A stretch of DNA of 64,000 bases, taken from assembly GCF_018350175.1 (NCBI RefSeq), contig NC_058368.1, positions 165,604,001-165,668,000 on the forward strand, read 5' to 3'. How positions within the stretch are numbered: the stretch's first letter is position 1; every line of letters starts with the position of its first letter. The translations under genes were made by a program, and so were the position numbers. The notes under the pieces were generated by a model. It was not told the origin of the DNA and searched no databases. It worked only from the letters and a program-made list of their open reading frames with translations. Positions 12,642-26,597 of this stretch are shown here, one piece after another. The stretch is from Felis catus (lineage: Eukaryota).

Positions 12642-15600
12642 TACCCAAAGCTGGTGATGAAGATGGCAATGATAGATTAATCAACTATTTAATTGCTGTG
12701 CAAAACATACTACTGTATTCAATTTGCACCGAGAATATCAGTACAAAAGAATTGGAAGGTATGTTGCCTTGCTAAATAGACATTTTTTTCAAAAAAAATT
12801 ATATTTAAACTAAATAGTTGTTAATCACAGACATTTTACATGATCTAAAAAATATTTTTATTTAAATCACACACAGGACAATTTTAAAAAGTGAAGACCA
12901 TTTTTATAAATTGTTTCCCGTGCATCTCTGATAAATACAGGACACGTGTTTATTTTTGTATTCTTAAATCAAGTACACTCAACCTGACTGAATAGATACA
13001 AATCCCTATCCATACTGGGATGATATGTCAGCACACTTCAGCATGAATGGTAGTCTTCAGGTAAGGAAGAGAGCAAAGAGACTATTTTTTCCCCTTATGG
13101 GCAGTGTGTCACATGAAGGCTTCACAATAGCAGTCTTTTCTTGAGCTAAACACACTACCGCCAATAATTGTTTGTCACCTGTGAGTCAACCTTTTTATAA
13201 CAGTGTAAATAGTGCTGTTATTCTGGACACTCTCTCCTTTTCCTTTTATTTTATTTCCTTCCTACTTTCGGTTCCCAAAGTGCTTATGTCTCATCTCCAT
13301 CCTATCAATGTTCAATTTCAGATAACTATAATGTTGGGAGAGTTTGAGTGACTACTTCTCATTAAGGTATAAATGATTGATTGATTCTTGTACTGTCTTT
13401 TCCGGGGCATTTACATTTTAATAGGGGATAATTCTTCCATTCATGGTGAATGAGTTCTATAATAGTTATCATTTCAAACTAGAGTAATAGGACAGTGTGA
13501 GGGGAACTGGAAATGGGAAATCTTCTTTGTTCATTTTTATCAAGGTCATATCCAATTGCCCATTACTTTTTAAGACTTCAAAACTCAACCCTGGGTTCTG
13601 GTATCTCCAAATTTGGGTTTAGTCTCTCCAAAGCTTAAGTTATTTTCTGGAAGTAATTTAAACATGGAAGCAAACAGCTTAACTCTTTCATGTCACTAAG
13701 TTAACCTTGAGTGCACAGTGGTCATATTTTGGAAAGCCTGTGAAGTAGATGGAATTGAAAGCCAAAATAAAGCAAGTAAAAAATAGCAACAAACACAAAT
13801 ACATAGAAGCAGAGAAAGTGCACTGAGACAACCTAATCAGCTACCCTAGCAGTAATATTTATATACCTCCTAGCACTGTAGTAAATATTGTTTTATGCAC
13901 ATACATTATTCCTTCAGCTTCAAGGAGAGATGAGATTTCTAAGTACCTTCTTACTATACAGCCCTAGTAAATAAAATGTACAGTACTCCTATAACTATCC
14001 CAGAGAGACATGGAGATCACATCGTAGGCATTCTTATTCCCCCTTAAAACAATTTTTATGAATTATAAATCACACATGACTCTGGGAAAGGAAAATACAC
14101 ACGAAACTTACTGACAACTTGTTTGTCTCTACATCACAAATGACTAAACTTTAAAACACACAATCTTGCATATTACTACATTTCCATAATTTCATTTATG
14201 GTAAAACCACAACAGTCCCAGAGTAATATTTTAATTAAACAAAGTATTATAAGGCCAGGTATATTATCAGATTGAATTGAGATACAATATTCTAGTCAGC
14301 CAAATAAGATATCCTAATATCTAAGGGGGAATTCTAAAAATTAATGCATGTTCACCAAGTTTAAGAAGGCTTTGGTTAAAAACTAACAACTAGAGTTGTT
14401 CTTCATGTAACTCATGGAACATTGAAAAGTCAACTCATATCACTAAATTCCATATAAATTACATGAACTCACAAACATTAGTAAGTATTCCATCTAGAAT
14501 ATAGCATCTAATATGTAGACGTATTAACCTTTCTAACATCATCTGAAAAAAATACTGATTTTTCAAGACCACGGACATTTGTATGTTAAATAACTGTTTG
14601 GTAAACATTTCTAAACATTAATATTCAGTATTCTACACATAATTTAAATTTCTATGGTTGACTACAGTTTAGGATTATAAACGGCAGTGTTTCATTTTAC
14701 CAAGTTCACTTTAGTGACGTGGACTTATTTACCAATGGATGAAGAATGTCAAATGTCTGTAAAATGGTTGCCCCATTTTACATAGGGTTCCTAAGGAAAC
14801 CTGAAGATAAATTTGCTTCACTAGGAGTTTTTGTGTATTTCTGGCTATTGTCCTAAAATAGAATAAAAATTAGATTTGAAAATATTTTAGTTGCTGAGAA
14901 TCTGCCCCTTGAATAATGGGGATATTACTTTACCAGATGGATAGAGAGATTTTTAAAGATTTTCAGTTACAATAATTTGTAGGCTCACTTGAATTAAGAC
15001 TTTCAATTTAAATAAAGTCTTCACTTTTAGAACAAATAAATAAACGTCCTTCAAATTTCTGGGGAGTAACATATTTAAGTCTTTAGAAAAAAAAAAAAAA
15101 ACAGAAACACTGAAATACTGCCAGTTCGTTCTTATTGCCTTTCTCTATACCCTATGGACTTAACAAATTTTAAAAAAATCAGCATTGTCTTACCTAATCA
15201 TAAGATACAATTTTTGCAATTTCATTTAAAGAAATCTCAGGCAACTCTGGGAAGCATGATCGTGGGAGGTGAGGGAGGAAGAGAGTGAGAGAGAGAATAG
15301 TAACTAAAAAAATTCTCCCTTTGCCTAGAGAAAATATTATTAAGAGAATATCAGAGAGGGACTCTTTTTTTCTCTCCCTAATGCAAAATATATGTTCAAT
15401 AGTGCTTTCAATTCAAACTTCATTTGAATTAAAATGTCATTAATGAGAAAAGTAGTTGACCTGCTAACTAAAAGAAACTGCCACGTGAAGGTTAATCAAG
15501 GCATATCTGCCTCAATTCAGTTTAACAATGGGCAAAAATAAGTATTCTCTTTTAAGTATTCAAATCAATTATGTTTTCAGAAAATTTAAGAATGTGCTCA

Positions 15601-15984
15601 CTTCACAAAATTTCATGTAAACCTAAAAACAGATTGTCCTTAACATTCACCAAGATATAATTCTGGCAGGTTTTGAAATATAAAAATTTTTGTTTTTGAG
15701 AATTAAGGTCTTAAAAACCATGTAAATTTTTTATTTAGAACAATTAGCTGTCAAACTATTATTATTCTAAACTGTGAAATTTGTATTCTGTAATTAAACA
15801 AAATAAACATGAATATTAATCAAACTTCTTGGATAATGTTTGCTTCATGAAATTTTGCTTTATTTAATGATGGCTGAAAAACATTTCCAGATATCTCTCA
15901 CCTTAAGATGACTGCTAATGGAAAAACAGAAATGCAAAGGGACTATATACACTAATTAAAATTTAAATACCCAACACAACATTT

Positions 15985-16209
15985 AACATTTTTTTAATGT
16001 TTACCCATTATTTGAGAGAGAGAGACACAGAAAGACAGACCTTGAGTGGGGGAGGGGCAGAGAGCAAAGGAGACCCAGAATCTGAAGCAAGCTCCAGGCT
16101 CTGAGCTGTCAGCACAGAGCCCAACAAGGGGCTGGAATTCATAAACTGCAAGATCATGACTTTAGCCAAAGTTGAATGCTTAACCAACTGAGCCACCCAG
16201 GTGTCCCCC
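15985..16209 (-). mobile_element. Can-SINE, full length
   Basis: Ends in ttaaccaactgagccacccaggtgtcccc (reverse complement of the head); GA tract and T-rich tail on the left. Confidence 0.95.
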
Positions 16210-16243
16210 TTTTTTAAAAAAAAAATTAATGTTTATTCATATT

Positions 16244-16290
<47 letters not shown>

Positions 16291-16324
16291 CAAAGAGAGA
16301 GGGAGAAATAGTAATCTGAAGCAG
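16210..16324 (-). mobile_element. 5'-truncated Can-SINE with expanded (GA)n
   Basis: aatgtttattcatatttttgagagaga...aatctgaagcag, ending abruptly at ccaacacaaca. Confidence 0.85.
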
Positions 16325-16524
16325 CCAACACAACACTTTTAAAACTCACTGGTTTTGATTCAGGTGATCAGTCAACGTTGGTATTATTGAATCTATAACA
16401 TATGAATGTATTTTGTTTTCTTGAGAAAAAGCCCGAGAAGAAAAATGAGACGATTATTTCTTTCTCACTACTTATTTTCTTTGCCTTTGAAATCACAACA
16501 GGACTTCAACCAGAGGTTTCCCAA

Positions 16525-16723
16525 ATATATATATCTATGTGTATATATATACACATATATATATGTGTATATATATACATATATATGTGTATATATATAC
16601 ATATATATGTATAAATACATATATATATGTTGTGTGTGTGTATATATATACATATATATGTATGTACATGTACATGTACGTGTACGTGTATGTGTATATA
16701 TATATATGTACACACACACACAC
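16525..16723. repeat. Compound (TA)n/(TG)n/(TGTACR)n low-complexity repeat
   Basis: Direct reading; source of the YIYI-type spurious ORFs. Confidence 0.95.
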
Positions 16724-16726
16724 AAC

Positions 16727-17182
16727 ATAAGACAGTGGTTACGTTTTGGGCTCTGTGCCCAGGGATTGTCTGCTTAGAATTTTTTCTTTTGAAGGATAGC
16801 TGTTATACAGTGTTATATTAGTTTCAGATGTACAACATAGTGAATTGACAATTCTATATATTATGCAAGGCTTACCAGGATAAGTGTCGTTACCATCTGT
16901 CACCATACATTATTACAATAGCATTGACTCTAGTCACTATGCTGTATTTTTTGCCCCTGTGACTTAATTATTTCATAACAGGAATTCTGGCTCTGTTTTG
17001 TAACAGCTATCTCTATGGTTTTAGAATAGTTTCTTAAGGTTTCAAAACTTCATTTTTCTCACTTGCACAATGGTGATAAAATAGCACCTACCACACACAG
17101 TGCTCCAGTGCAGATTAAATGACCAAACATGTCAAATGCTTAGAAGAGGGCCTGGCATGTTTTATAAGCACTCAATAAATTT
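16727..17182 (+). mobile_element. MIR, split by an L1 3' fragment
   Basis: cagtggtt..gggctctg head, core tttctcacttgcacaatggtgataaaatagcacctacc, tail cctggcatg..taagcactcaataaat. Confidence 0.7.
16780..16985 (-). mobile_element. Short L1MA9/L1_Carn-like 3' end
   Basis: tatattagtttcagatgtacaacatagtga...ttaccatctgtcaccatac is a typical antisense carnivore L1 3' terminus. Confidence 0.75.
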
Positions 17183-17394
17183 TCATTTTCTGTCTTTATT
17201 CAAGGTTATCAAGAATAATATTAACTACAAACAACTACATTAGTATTATAGTCAGAGGTAGAGAAGAGTCTCTCCTCTATCTAGTTTCCTCTCCTTTTTA
17301 TTATAACTTATTATAATTATATAACTTCTTTACCCACCTGTATCATTGTCTTCACTAATGACAGACCTATTGGCTACCAACAGTCAGATTCTCT

Positions 17395-17680
17395 CAGAGA
17401 CATCCTGAGGTCTCTCTGCTCAAATATTATCTCACTACAAAGGCCCTGCCTACCTTTTCTCTTTTCTTCTCAACACCCTTATCCTGCTTTATTTTTATTC
17501 TTGTCAGTTATCACCATCTACAGATTCCGTGTTTTGTTTTATTCTTTTGTTATGATACTTACTGAATGAAAACAGAGTTACTTCTCTTGTTACAGTTAGA
17601 ATACATGCTAGAACACATACAGTACATATGAGGCCCACCTCAGGTACTCATTAAATATTTGTTAAGTGAATGAATTAATT
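17395..17680 (+). mobile_element. L2 3' end
   Basis: Pyrimidine-rich body ending aggtactcattaaatatttgttaagtgaatgaatt. Confidence 0.7.
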
Positions 17681-18002
17681 CATAATTGGAGGTGAATGAC
17701 TGGAAAATTTTATAAACCTATTAACGTAAATTTTCAATACCTATCCATGTAACATTTCATAGGAAAGGGTACATCTGGTAGCTTTGGTAGCAAAGTCTAT
17801 TACTTACTCTCCCTTCCCTCAACACCTACAAATAAGAAACACATTCTTAAAATTGGCAGAATTATTTTATCTGTATAAATCTCACCAATATCTCATATAT
17901 TTTCTATACATAAAAGCTTCTAGGGTCTACAACTTGTCCTTTAATATGTTTGATCAGAAATCGTACCTACATTTTTTTTTTCATTCTGCCTCTCATCTCC
18001 CT

Positions 18003-18440
18003 ATCTTAGCTTAAGTTTCTTAGAAAGTAAAAAGCAGTGCCTGAGGAAATGCTTAGGTCATAACAGTTTATTAGGAAGTAAATTTCCAGGGAAGCAGAGT
18101 ATAGGAAAAGAAAAGTGAGTGGGGAGGGAGGGAGAACAAGTATAAGGAAGTATATTTTACCAAGTGGCTAGAGCATCATGGCAGGCTGACTCTTAAGGTG
18201 TCAGTGGAAACTTTTATGGAGAGTTTATGAAGTTATTATGGAATATACTAAAATCATAGAGGAAGTGACAAGAGGGAAAATTATTTATTGATAGATTTTC
18301 TTTTCCATTGGCCATAGTTTGCCTCAAGAGCTTCAAATCCTTCCACTTTCCTGGTGGTACATACTTGGGGTCTGAGTAGATCTCATGTTTTAGGAAAATA
18401 ATGTCAAACAGGAAGCCTTAGATTAGAAGAAGAGTGCCCT
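18003..18440 (-). mobile_element. Possible old ERVL solo LTR (LTR33-like)
   Basis: tcttagcttaagtttcttagaaag..agcagtgcctgag..agtttattaggaag..ccagggaagcag pattern; heavily diverged. Confidence 0.4.
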
Positions 18441-20506
18441 GAACACAGAACTGAAACAAGGCACTATCAATATAAGCTTACAAGTGAGGTAATGGCTAGG
18501 AACTGTCATCATAGGTAACCTCTGTGTCAGTAGCAGAGCCAGCAATAGTAACCTGGCTTCATGACCACAATGGAAACATATGTAAGTTGTTGTGATGGCA
18601 GTCTCAGAAAGCAAGCAAGAGGTGTGATCTGAGGTAATGAATGAAACGTATCCCACACATGCCCTCATCCTTCAATGTATATGTGCTGGGAAAATGTTCT
18701 GGGTCTGTAGTACCAACCTTCCTAGCTTCAGGGTGTGTAAGCTCCCCAAACTCTAAATATAAATTCAAAACCACATAATTTTTAAAGTACTTTACTCTTT
18801 CTTTAAACAAAATATAAAATAAAACTTAAATAACTTCATGTTAAAAGTCTCATTTAAACCAAATTTTTGTGACATAAAATTAAACTTCCACAAAAAATTA
18901 ATTCATAATAATGTTGTAATTTATAAACATTGCAGAATGCCCAGCTAACAATGTCAATGGTTACTGCAATTTAGTGAGAAATTATAACAATGGAAATATT
19001 CAATCAAGTGTGAACTAGGAGACAGTGTTATATCCAGCTCTGCTTCTCCAACTCAGATACATAACCACAGCACCCCATCCCCATTGCCCTGATAAGAACC
19101 ATTAAGATTTTAGGCACAATGAAGGCATAGGGAAAATATAGTGCTTTTCCTAGGTCTCAATTTTACTTAAAGATTTAAGAAAATATCTTAAACCTTGATT
19201 ATTTTTTATGCTAGACTATCAAACATGAGAATTTTTTTCTGTGATATATATTATTTAAAAAGCTTCTTCCTCTGTGTAAGCAGGAAAACCGATAATAGCA
19301 TGACATTCTCATCATACAGAAGGGACTACCCGCTGTGGAGAAAGTTAATTATTCTAATATCACTGACATGCATACCTTTTTTTAGCACCAGTTAGATCTA
19401 GAAAATGACTAGTACACAATAGCAATTAATCCAAAACTTGTAAAGCATACTTATATGTATTTTAAATATGAATTTTAGGGTTTTAGATATGTAACTAAGC
19501 CTAAACAAGTTAGTTTTTAGAATAACTTGAGTAATAAATATCCCTCTACACGTCACTAACCAAAATTTTATATTTTATGTGTCTTAATACAAGTCTGGGC
19601 TGAGCACAATATAATAAAAATATAATTAGAAACTAAATATATAATTATAGTTAGCTGTAACAATTTATATATACATTACATTTATGTGTCACATATATAA
19701 GTTACATATAAACATATATACGAATATATATATTACATATATAATTTACACATAACTATAACCACATATAAAGTTATTTAATTCAAATACATTTTGGTTC
19801 CAAGAGAAGCAAATGATCTGACCTAAAAATGCCTCTTTCAGACATCTAAACAATTTTAATGTGTTCGAAGGATATTGAGAAAACCAAGAGAAAGACTGAG
19901 GCACAGATAATTATTTAACAGAGTTGGATAAAATCATGGGCATTATTTCCTTGACCATTTTCTTGGCTCTTTTTTGATATCTTTACACTGAAAGTATTTG
20001 ATGAAAACAATAATTGGCAAATTGCTAAAAGCCAAAGTGAACAGTGAAGAAATTCTCAACCACTGTTTAAATGCGAAAAACCACAACCCCAAACCACAGT
20101 ATGGCTGTATGCATGCCTGGGCCAACTCAAAATGTAAAACTGTTTTGGAGAAGACTGTTTTGTACAGTGTTTACAACAGCAGCCAGTGGTTTTCTCAGAG
20201 TATTAAACTAGTAAAATATTAAGTCATATTTGAAACCATATTTCATTTGAATCTTCATCCAACACAGTATGTATCAAATTCTTTAAGATGTTTATATTTT
20301 TTGACCAAGTATTTACCTCTCTAGGAATCTATCTTAAGATGAGGTGAAACAGCTATATATAGGGCATAACTGTAAAAATTTTCAAATGCTGAAAATTCAA
20401 AGATATTCTACAAATCTAGTACTAGGTAATAATAATTTAAAATATAATACACTATGAAATGAAATAGCATAAAACTAACTTATGTTTAACAGTATATTAT
20501 ATAAAC

Positions 20507-20725
20507 TGATTCTTAGTCTGCTTCAGGCTGCCATAACAAAATACAAGAGGCTGGGTGGCTTCCACAACAGAAATTTATTTCTTACAGTTCTGAAGTCTGA
20601 GAAATACAAAATCCTGGTGCTAGAAAGACAGGTTGGCTGAGGCCTCCTCTCTTGGATTGTAGAGGTACTCACAATCCTGTTTTGTGCTCACATGACCTCT
20701 TCTTTGTTCATTTGTATATAGATAC

Positions 20726-20772
<47 letters not shown>

Positions 20773-20804
20773 TCTCTATATATATGTATACATACAGAGA
20801 GAGG

Positions 20805-20874
<70 letters not shown>

Positions 20875-21056
20875 AAGCTCTCTGGTATGTCTTCTGTTAA
20901 GGATACTATTCCTATGGGATCAGAGTCCCATCCTTATGATCTCATTTAACCAAAATTACTTAGAGATTTCTTCTCTAAGTAGAGCCACACTGGGGGTTAT
21001 AGCTTCAGTAGATGAATTTTGGGGGGGGGGTACCTAAACATTCAGTCCATAATGCA
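20507..21056 (-). mobile_element. MaLR solo LTR (MLT1A-like) containing a compound microsatellite
   Basis: tcttagtctgcttcaggctgccataacaaaatac..aacagaaatttatttcttacagttctg...aaacattcagtccataa. Confidence 0.85.
20728..20874. repeat. (GATA)n + (TA)n + (GA)n compound microsatellite
   Basis: About 11 GATA units followed by a long GA run. Confidence 0.95.
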
Positions 21057-22028
21057 TGTAAAATACATCCTATGTAACATTACAGGGAAAATCATTATAA
21101 CATTTTAAGTATCATATGATCCTACTTTTATAAATATTAAATTGTTGTTTATATAACAAGGAAAAAAGTTGGTAGAAAGTCCACTAATCACAAAGAGTAA
21201 CTGCTCATGGACAGTGTTATTTATTGTGGTATTTACTTTCCATTTCTACTTCATAGCTGTCTCATACTTTTAGAATTATCATGTGTTGGTTTTATGATTA
21301 AATATTTTAATATAACAGAAATTAAATGAGGATAAGACAGAATTAAGTGAAATAAAATACATGTATGGCAGTGCTTCAAGTACTCAACTAATTCCCTTTG
21401 ACTTATAATTTACTTTTAATATATTTGTATAATATGATATTATGTATAAAGTACCATAAGGAGATTCTGCTTTCATTATTTCAGCCAAAATTTGGGGAGG
21501 GGAGAATATATATCATATTCAAATTTCCAGTTATTGAGAAATAATGATGAGATCAAAATAAACTATACATGTTTGATTTATATGGTTGTGTGTCCCAAAA
21601 ATCAGAAGATGCACATTAATTATTTTAGAAACATCTTAAAGAATACTCAACAGATAGCTTATCATAGATGATAAGCCAGTTTTAGACAGCATACTAGTAA
21701 GCAGTTAGTGGAATTTTCATCCCATGATCAATTTTCCAAATGTTAACTGATTGACTTCTATATTCTAAACTGTTCTCAGATCTGTGAATGCAAAAATGTA
21801 ACATGCCATCATTTTAAGATCATACACAAGTAAAATAAATCATATTGCAGTATGATGATTTCACAAAGAGAGGAAGAAAATAACAAAAGCATAGCATAAA
21901 GGCAGGTATCAGTGAAGTCTTAAGAAGAGATGTATAAGCTAGGTTTTAAAGAATAATGCAACAGCACTTAAAAACAAGCAAAAACCAAGAGTAGAAAAGA
22001 ACAACATCTTATTATTTGACACAGAGTG

Positions 22029-22058
22029 CAACAACAACAACAACAACAACAACAACAA
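22029..22058. repeat. (CAA)10 microsatellite
   Basis: Direct reading. Confidence 0.95.
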
Positions 22059-22666
22059 AATTAGAATAAGAACAGCACATTTATAGGTAGAGGACTCTGG
22101 AAAAGTTCACAATGCCAATTTTGTTAGCAAAAACCATGTTAGGCAGAAGTAAGGCGATGCTGAACGTGAGAGGAGGCGAGACGATTTTGTCAAAATGGTA
22201 ATTCAGATATGAGAAACTTCAGTTTCTTTTGGAAATTAATGGGTAATTTATCCCTTTGATTATCTTAAAACCCTTTTTTCACTTTACAAAATTGTAACTT
22301 TAAAGATTTTTGTTTGTGAGCTGTCAGATTATGGATTTTAATATTGATTAGTTGTTTTTATTACTGCTATTAGGTTTCTCCTTTTTTTCTGATTATCAAT
22401 GACATTCACTGATTAAATAATAGTGAAAACTCCCCCAAAATAAACAAAGTCTTCAATATTCAAAAAAGGGCTTTTCACATATTATGAAAAAAGAAATATC
22501 AATGTTGGCTTTACTATGCAGTGGCTTTTTAACTTCAGTGATATGGAACAAAAGATCCTATAGAACCTAACTGATGCTGTTGTCAGTATGGCTGCAGAAC
22601 ATAAGGGAAATGTCAACATAAACTTTTACGATAGTAGATACATCATTAAAAAAAAATAGTAAACTA

Positions 22667-22883
22667 GGGGCGCCTGGGTGGCTCAGTTGGTTGAGAGTCT
22701 GACTTCTGCTCAGGTCATGATCTCACAGTTGATGAGTTTGAGCCCCACATCGAGCTCTGTGCTGACAGGGTGGAGCCTGCAGCTTGCTTCAGATTTTGTG
22801 TCTCCCTCTCTCTGTGCCCTTCCCCGGCTCACACTCTCTCTCTGTCTCTCAAAAATAAATAAACATTAAACTTTTTTAAATAG
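22667..22883 (+). mobile_element. Can-SINE
   Basis: ggggcgcctgggtggctcag head; TSD aaaaata[g/a]taaacta at 22652-22666 and 22884-22898. Confidence 0.95.
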
Positions 22884-23259
22884 AAAAATAATAAACTAGA
22901 TTTAAAAATCAAAGAATTTTAGAAAATATGGAGACTGAAATTAGAAGATCGATATGATACGTTTCACTTGAAGTTTCTTACATAGATTTACATCATTAGG
23001 ATAATGCATATTCCATTATTTATTTTCAAACACCACTAAAATTAAATGTAAGATTATCTACTACATGCATAAGTCACTAGAGCATGCCTGCCAGTTTGAA
23101 CATAGCAGCAGCAGAACATAATTCCCTTGCAGAAATCAATAGAAAACAACAAGGGGAATGAGAAACATACAAACCCTGTCTTCCACAAAACTCTTAAAAA
23201 CAAGTGGAAACACAAAAACTTAAGGTATGAAGAGAGGCTTTCAAAAGTATGGGAATGGA

Positions 23260-23453
23260 GGGGCACCTGGGTGGTTCAGTGGGTTAAGCATCCCACTCTT
23301 GATTTCCACTCAGGTCATGATTTCATGCTTCATGGAATCATGCCCTGCATGGGGCTCTGTGCTGAAAGTGCTGGGCCTGCTTGGGATTCTCTCTCTCCTC
23401 CTCTTCTTCTGCCCCTCCCCCACTCACACTCTCTGTTTCTTTCTAAAAAAAAA
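23260..23453 (+). mobile_element. Can-SINE (older type)
   Basis: ggggcacctgggtggttcag head, cctgcttgggattctctctc, short A tail; no clear TSD. Confidence 0.9.
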
Positions 23454-24831
23454 TTAGGAGGCAAAACCTAAATAGTTTGTTTATAAGAGTGGTAATGGGA
23501 TGCACCAAATGGCAGTAGGAGCTTCTCTGGGCTTGAGTTGGAAATCAACAGAAAAGTCTGTAGTTGAGGAGAAATCCCACTGTTTAGGATTTTAAGAAAG
23601 CAGTCTCTTTCTATGTCTATAATTGAAGAGAGATGTTGATTTGACCTACTAGATAATTACCTATTAGATAATATATTAGGTAATTAGGTATACCTAATAT
23701 ATTAGGTATATTAGGTAACCTATTAGATAATATATCAAGTATCTCTAGGATGGAATATATAAAGGAGAAGGTAAAAACTGAGCTCACACAATGGTTTATA
23801 TATATCATTACATAGTAATAAAGAACTGAGGAAAGCTACTTTTTCTTTTCAAACTGTTTTGAAACAGAAGTCCAACAAGTAACAGCAACAACAGCAACAA
23901 TAATAAACTGTAAACCAAAAGCCAAACACACACACACACACTTATGTACATACACTGTAATATTTTTAAAATGCTAACCCTGATAATCTATTTTTAAATA
24001 AATCCCAGGGGCTACCTAAGAATTCTAAAACATTTCAAGGTAAAATTGTACTATATGTATAACATATCATTAAAATAATGCTATTAGCCTGGAGGACTAA
24101 AGGGTCCCTAGTGTAACTCTCAGCAATAGGAATAATTTGAGAAAAGAGGTTAGCAGATATATTCATTCTTTTCCCTTGTTATATCGGTACAATATGGAAT
24201 AGAATAAATGACCTTTTAATTAGACCTAAGCAAATAGTGGAAGGATTGTATTTTTAAACAATAGTTCCTTTTAAAATTTGTTTTCCAAAGTCATTTTTTT
24301 CTGTGTATGTGGCTGAAAAATTATATATATATTTTTTTTTACAGAGAGGATCTTGATTATACAATCCCCAAGTTGGAAGCCATTACCTGGTGATACCTTT
24401 ACCTTTAAACTGTATGTTTTAATAGGTAATCCATAGTTTCCCTAAATCATCAGAGTGAAAAATCAAATATAGAATGCTAAAAAATAAATTCATTGAATAT
24501 AAAAATATCATTCTAAGCATAATTATAATGCTGATAAAAGTATATTATAAAAGTATTGTTTTGGGGTTTGAAAGATTTGAAACAATTTTCATTCTACTGT
24601 AGATTAGTATGTAGGTTTGGATATATACTTAACTAGGTTAGACCATCAAAGAATCATTTTCATCCTCTCTAATATGAAGTATCATATGGTTTGATAAGGA
24701 ATAAATGAAATAATTACAGCAAAATTTAAGTAAGTTTAAATATAACGAAGATCTATAACAAATTTCCAATTTTATATCATGATATTGATTTTAAATAAAA
24801 GATCAGGTAATAATGTTAATACTTTTTATTT

Positions 24832-24911
24832 TTTTAATGTTTATTTTGAGTGAGAGCATGCATATGAGGGGGCGTGGGGACAGAGAGAGAGGGAGAGAGG
24901 GAGAGAAGGAA

Positions 24912-24942
<31 letters not shown>

Positions 24943-25065
24943 ATCCCAAGCAGGCTCCACCCTATCAGACAGAGATGTGGGGCTTGATCTCACAAACTGT
25001 AAGATTATTATCTGAGCTGAAAACAAGAATCCAAAGCTTAATCCGACTGAGCCACCCAGGCACCC
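24832..25065 (-). mobile_element. Can-SINE
   Basis: Ends gactgagccacccaggcaccc; TSD tactttttattt at 24820-24831 and 25066-25077. Confidence 0.93.
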
Positions 25066-25646
25066 TACTTTTTATTTGACTTTTGACAGAAAAGAAAATA
25101 AACAGATGTCAAAAATTATTCCAGAAAGACACTGGAAGCATGGTGAGTGGATTAAATTTAGAACTTCATAACTGAGGGATGAAAACAATTTTCTGCTCTT
25201 CATTATTTACTTAATGTCTTCTTTAATCACTTGGTAAAATCCACAGTCGCAATGCTTAGAGCACTTGAGGTGCACACAAGTGCAGAACAATATATCATAT
25301 ATTTGCCAGCAGAAGGATGCCTTAAAACATCTTGACATGTTATTGGCATTGGCTTCAACCAACAAAAATATATTTGAAATAGAGAAATGTAAAAATTCAC
25401 TTCTTGCAAGCAAAAAAATAAGTAAATTTAGAGAAAAAGCTTAGTGGATGAGAACTTAATAGAGCACATGTAAAATAAATATTTTTAGATAGAGTAAGTC
25501 AAAGGTATTTCAATATTTTTCTACTTTCATAAAAAATATCAGAATATATCAAGCTGTAATGGCACAAGTATAATTATTCAGAATTTCATAACTCTTAGTA
25601 CAGATGCTTTTGAAAGCAGACAATGAATTAAAGATTTGAACACCCT

Positions 25647-26061
25647 TGTTTATTTGTCAGGTCATCCAAGAAGCCAGGGGTAAGAAAATAGGGAAATTGA
25701 GAACAAGATATAGGAAACCCACCAACCAAATTCTGAAAATGAACTTGTTATAATAATGGAGAACTAGAGGACCTTTATAATTCTTCCACCAGAGAAAGAG
25801 GAGAATGGGGCATTTATCCATCAACTCACACTCCCCATTGGTTGTCTCCTCTGAACTTCTGGGTTGCACTAGCATGCAGGTCGGTGGCCTTAAGCCTTTG
25901 AGAAAGCAGAGCAGAGAGACTTTGCTACATTAATTTAGTGTGGGATATTGAAAAGGATGCCAGAGATTTTCAACCAGAGCTCTAAATTAAATTTCAACCA
26001 CAGTCCACTAAATTAAGTGGGCTGACGGGATATGTCTGGCACATCACTAGGGTCTACAACA
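25647..26061 (-). mobile_element. Old ERVL solo LTR (LTR33-like)
   Basis: ggggcatttatccatcaactc..cccattggttg and terminal gggatatgtctggcacatcactagggtctacaaca resemble recalled LTR33 sequence. Confidence 0.55.
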
Positions 26062-26149
26062 CTTTTTTCCTCACTACACTCTACAACTATTAAGTCAACA
26101 CGTGATTGTCATATTAAGAGGCCACAGCATAAATAGGAATTCAGTCAAA

Positions 26150-26597
26150 GTAGAACTCATTTTTAAAAAGTGTTCTGGATATGGAAGATCATGGACCAAA
26201 TTCTGAAAAGAAATGGTTGAAGGAAGTGCAAATTTTATGCCTAGATATGATAATACTCAGGGAAAATATGATAGAAGTCTTCAAATATTTGAAATTTTCA
26301 TGTGGAACACAGAATGCTTTTTCCTTTATAGCTAAAACCACAAAGTTGAGGCAAATGTGTGGACATTAAATGGAGACAGATTAAGCTTGAAATAGGGAAG
26401 ACTGCACTATGAAATCTGTGTAATAATGGACTGGGCTGCAGCCAGGGTCAATACATGTCCAATCACAGGCAATGTTCAAACAGAGATTAGGTGACTGCGT
26501 ACTTGTTAGAGATGTATTAGAGCAGAGTCAACTATCACATAGGTGGTTAGATAGATTTTGGCACAAATCCCTTTCAAACACAGTATTATATTTCTAT
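26150..26597 (+). mobile_element. CR1/L3 LINE 3' relic
   Basis: KKWLKEVQILCLDMIILRENMIEVFKYLK resembles the CR1 ORF2 C-terminal motif [28 protein letters not shown]; ends in a ttctat-type tail. Confidence 0.75.

Noticed and set aside
16402..16821. Cluster of overlapping Tyr/Ile-rich ORFs
   Set aside because: Translation of a TA/TG microsatellite.
23650..23735. Repeated attaggta units as a CRISPR-like or structured array
   Set aside because: Short degenerate AT-rich repeats with no constant repeat-spacer periodicity, in a eukaryotic context.
25207..25413. Cys-rich 68 aa minus-strand ORF as an exon (similarly 19943-19988)
   Set aside because: No recognisable motif and weak splice signals; cannot be supported without conservation data.
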